From positions 62,001 to 126,000 of the IMG/VR virus record IMGVR_UViG_3300047445_000186: a stretch of DNA of 64,000 nt; one strand, 5' to 3'. Each line of letters starts with the position of its first letter. Position 1 is the first letter of the stretch. The translations under genes were made by a program, and so were the position numbers. A model generated the notes under the pieces. That model was not told the DNA's origin, made no database searches, and worked only from the letters and a program-made list of their open reading frames with translations. Below are positions 61,345 through 64,000 of this stretch, one piece after another.

Positions 61345-61392
61345 CCGTTACAGTCGTTACACATTCACGCGCAGGATGTAGTACAATTCACC
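61345..61392 (+). promoter_or_regulatory. early/middle promoter with tandem CGTTACA boxes
   Basis: CCGTTACAGTCGTTACAC-ATTCACG...GGATGTAG-TACAAT-TCAC. Confidence 0.7.
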
Positions 61393-61416
61393 ATCGACAC
61401 TGAAACGGAGATCCTC

Positions 61417-61794
61417 ATGACCGAAAAGACCATCGACGAAAAGAAGCGCGAATTCTACGTCGGCCACGTGAACAGCGGCCTGGAAGGCGCGAAGCGCAAG
61501 ATCGCGAAGTTCGCCGCCGACGTCGTCGAGAACCCCGAGCATGCGATGACCTGGTCTGACGACACGTTCACCACCGCGGCGAAGCACACGATGTACACGC
61601 GGATCGCACAGGGCCTGGGCCGTGAAGAATGCACGCTCCAGATGGTGTACGACACGCTCCAGTCCGAGTTCCTGAGCAAGGCTCGGTACATCAACAATCG
61701 CTCGACTTCGACCGGCTCGAACCGCATGGCTGACTGCACAGTCTCGGTCCTGGCCGAAGAGCTCGAGTTCCTGGGCCGCGGGTTCCTGGGCTGA
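61417..61794 (+). CDS. hypothetical early protein
   Basis: GGAG SD; strong codon bias. Confidence 0.85.
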   Translation: MTEKTIDEKKREFYVGHVNSGLEGAKRKIAKFAADVVENPEHAMTWSDDTFTTAAKHTMYTRIAQGLGREECTLQMVYDTLQSEFLSKARYINNRSTSTGSNRMADCTVSVLAEELEFLGRGFLG

Positions 61795-61798
61795 TCAG

Positions 61799-62164
61799 AT
61801 GAGCACCAAGATCTACCCGATGCAGCTCAGCGAGAGCACCGCGCGGAAACTCGTGTCGAACCACCTCAGGGTTCCGTTCGAACGTGAAATGCGCGCGCGG
61901 TACGGAGACGTCTCGCTCACGTACTACGCCACTCTCCAGGAGAACGGCGAGGTCGATGTGTTCGTGCACTACGTGAGCGAAGGGTTCGGCATCCAATCGG
62001 CCGGCCCGCTCATTCGCGAGAAGATCCGGCCGTACGATGCGGAGCGGATCGCCGAGCTGGAAGAACAGCGGAAGTTCGAGATCGCTCGTGCCGAGTACGA
62101 ACGCCGCCAATCAGTGAAGGCTCTCGCCGAGATCGACAAGATCAAGAAGAAGCTGTTCGCCTGA
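61799..62164 (+). CDS. hypothetical protein
   Basis: Packed ORF. Confidence 0.8.
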   Translation: MSTKIYPMQLSESTARKLVSNHLRVPFEREMRARYGDVSLTYYATLQENGEVDVFVHYVSEGFGIQSAGPLIREKIRPYDAERIAELEEQRKFEIARAEYERRQSVKALAEIDKIKKKLFA

Positions 62165-62170
62165 TCCCAC

Positions 62171-62204
62171 CCGACGCCGAACCTTATTTGAGGTTCGGCG
62201 TCGG
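62171..62204 (+). terminator. strong hairpin, probable terminator
   Basis: CCGACGCCGAACCT-TATTTG-AGGTTCGGCGTCGG. Confidence 0.7.
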
Positions 62205-62228
62205 CGTTTCCGGAGCTAGAATCCGGGA

Positions 62229-63170
62229 ATGGCTGAAATCACAGAACAGGTTCGAGCGAAAATTCAAGCAGATGCCACGGCCCGGCTGAAGGAGCTTCGT
62301 GCTCGGAACGTAGGCTCGGAGGAACCAGGGGCCCTCTGTGGCACCGTTCCAACCAAGCCCAATTGGCTAATCATCGGCAGCACGGCGGCGTACCGGTGGT
62401 TCCCGGACATGCGGAAACCGGCCGATCTCGATCTGCTCACGCCAGCAACGATCAAGACCTCGAGCACCCAGCTCTGCTTCGTAGACACGCAGTGGCACGC
62501 AGCAGCCGAGCATGTTCTGTCCGTGAATCGCGACCCAGTGTTCGCGGATCCAGACGTGCTGTACACGCTGAAGGTCTCGCACGCGCACTGGAACATCAAG
62601 TGGCAGAAGACGATGGACGACATCGAAATTCTCCGCCGCAAAGGGTGCAAGCTGAACTTCAAGTTGTACGAACATCTCGTCGAAGTCTGGACAGAGATTC
62701 ACGGCAAGAAGCACGTGAACATGAACCAGTCGATGGACACGTTCTTCAAGGATGCCGTTCAGCGCGAGTACGATCACGAGTACCTCCATGAGCTCGTCGC
62801 GTTCAACGGTCGACCAATGCACGAGCGCCTTCGTCCTGACATCGGTACCGCATGGTGTGACCAGAATCTGTTCAATGCTCTGACCCCTGATGAACAGGCG
62901 CAAACAGTCCTAGAAGAGATAATGGCTACTGCTATCGAGCGTTCCCGTCTGAACAATACGGCCCGTAAGAGCCAGAAGTTCGCGGCGATGAACAGAGCAC
63001 ACTTCCTGCTTTGCACATCCATGACCAAGGGATGGTTCGCGCGGTACCTGATTTTGAATCGATTTAACTTACTTTATGAGCGAAAAGAAGAATGGCTGAC
63101 GATAATGAACAAAGCGCTTTCGGTGATTTCGACAGCACCGACTCGAGCGTGTACACCTCGAAGCAATTGA
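62229..63170 (+). CDS. nucleotidyltransferase-like phage protein
   Basis: IIGSTAAYRWFPDMRKPADLDLL (hGS...DhD), YTLKVSHAHW, YDHEYLHELVA; the true start may lie downstream. Confidence 0.7.
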   Translation: MAEITEQVRAKIQADATARLKELRARNVGSEEPGALCGTVPTKPNWLIIGSTAAYRWFPDMRKPADLDLLTPATIKTSSTQLCFVDTQWHAAAEHVLSVNRDPVFADPDVLYTLKVSHAHWNIKWQKTMDDIEILRRKGCKLNFKLYEHLVEVWTEIHGKKHVNMNQSMDTFFKDAVQREYDHEYLHELVAFNGRPMHERLRPDIGTAWCDQNLFNALTPDEQAQTVLEEIMATAIERSRLNNTARKSQKFAAMNRAHFLLCTSMTKGWFARYLILNRFNLLYERKEEWLTIMNKALSVISTAPTRACTPRSN

Positions 63171-63553
63171 CCCTGCTTGCTCTGACCGATCCTTGCGAGG
63201 CCCTGCAGATTGTGTTCGCTGGTTTGTCTGGCGACGCTGAAAAGGAGGACTTCGATTTGGAACAGTTCTGGAGCGAATGCTATCCCGAGCTTGAAGATTT
63301 CTCGGACGGTAAGGAGCACTACCTCGGCCTGACGTACCAGCTCGTGCATCAAGAAGGCGGCCACGAAGGTGGCGGCGAATCTGTCGATCGCGTGTACGCG
63401 CTGAAGGACTTCGTGAGCGGTGATGTGCACGCATTCATTCGCCAAACTGGTTACTACTACAGCCATAACGGCACAGAGTGGGACGATGGTCTGAACCAGG
63501 TGTATGCCCGCGAAGTAATGATCACGATCTACGAGGATAATCCGCATGTCTGA
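63092..63553 (+). CDS. acidic hypothetical protein
   Basis: VHQEGGHEGGGE...IRQTGYYYSHNGTEWD...V; paralogous to the next gene. Confidence 0.75.
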   Translation: MADDNEQSAFGDFDSTDSSVYTSKQLTLLALTDPCEALQIVFAGLSGDAEKEDFDLEQFWSECYPELEDFSDGKEHYLGLTYQLVHQEGGHEGGGESVDRVYALKDFVSGDVHAFIRQTGYYYSHNGTEWDDGLNQVYAREVMITIYEDNPHV

Positions 63554-63887
63554 AGAACTCACCAAGAAATTCGCGAAGAAGGATCCTGTCGCGTTCGTGA
63601 CGGCGCTGATCCGCTCACTCGGATATTCCACTAACCAGGCCGGTCGGTACAAGTACAAGAGTGATCTTGAACATGACGACTTCACGATGAAGCTCGTAGC
63701 CGAAGACGGTGGTGAGGGCGACGGCGCTCCGATCAGCCTCGTGTTCGAGGTCCAAGAGAACGGAAAGCATGTTCTGTACTTCGAAGTGACGGGAACGTAC
63801 AGCTCGTGGGCCGACACCGAGTACGATAGCGATATCGTGATCGTGAAGCCGAAGCAAGTGAAAGTAACCCAGTGGTTCCCCGTATGA
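63546..63887 (+). CDS. hypothetical protein, paralog of the upstream gene
   Basis: VAEDGGEGDG...FEVTGTYSSWADTEYD...VKPKQVKVT. Confidence 0.8.
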   Translation: MSEELTKKFAKKDPVAFVTALIRSLGYSTNQAGRYKYKSDLEHDDFTMKLVAEDGGEGDGAPISLVFEVQENGKHVLYFEVTGTYSSWADTEYDSDIVIVKPKQVKVTQWFPV

Positions 63888-64000
63888 TGCTCGAGGATTA
63901 TGTCGCGCATCTGAAGGAACTGGCTGAACAGTTCCACACGGAGTGGGTCAAGAGCCGGGTAACCAATCCACGGGAGTGGCCTCTGATGATGAACCAGGCA
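63884..64000 (+). CDS. hypothetical protein, 3' truncated by window
   Basis: ATGA overlap; MMLEDYVAHLKELAEQFH... open to the window end. Confidence 0.55.
   Translation, partial: MMLEDYVAHLKELAEQFHTEWVKSRVTNPREWPLMMNQA

Overview
A 64-kb segment of a large, moderately GC-rich lytic (jumbo, T4-like myovirus-type) bacteriophage genome, almost entirely coded on the + strand; the host is probably a proteobacterium (inference). All product calls come from motif recognition by eye, with no database search. Contents: (i) 1-26 kb replication/repair genes: partial Acb1/gp57B-like 2H phosphoesterase, dCMP deaminase, two separate DnaE-like fragments, GroES-like co-chaperonin, clamp-loader subunits, ATP-dependent DNA ligase plus a second minimal ligase domain, RNA ligase, nucleotidyltransferase, SprT protease, metallophosphoesterase and HNH. 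(ii) 26.5-36 kb membrane module with a complete ABC-type set (substrate-binding-OmpA fusion, permease, ATPase), a PspA-like protein and a TAXI-type solute receptor. (iii) 37.7-45.7 kb NAD+/purine module (NadM-NUDIX, NAMPT, PurA-like, vWA, NADAR-like) with a shared leader motif before both NAD genes. (iv) A family of late-promoter MKLxE(L/I) proteins. (v) A circularly permuted two-piece tmRNA. (vi) A 6.3-kb array of about 30 tRNA and tRNA-like genes containing a type I hammerhead ribozyme and several non-canonical tRNA-like RNAs. The strongest candidate for an undescribed system is at 49.1-51.0 kb. There a stand-alone tRNA with anticodon CUA and non-canonical D/T loops lies just upstream of a Pth2-like peptidyl-tRNA hydrolase gene and an HD-domain hydrolase gene. 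Each gene carries an in-frame TAG at codon 4 or codon 3 behind a good Shine-Dalgarno site, suggesting amber-readthrough-gated expression. No CRISPR array, integrase or rRNA was seen.
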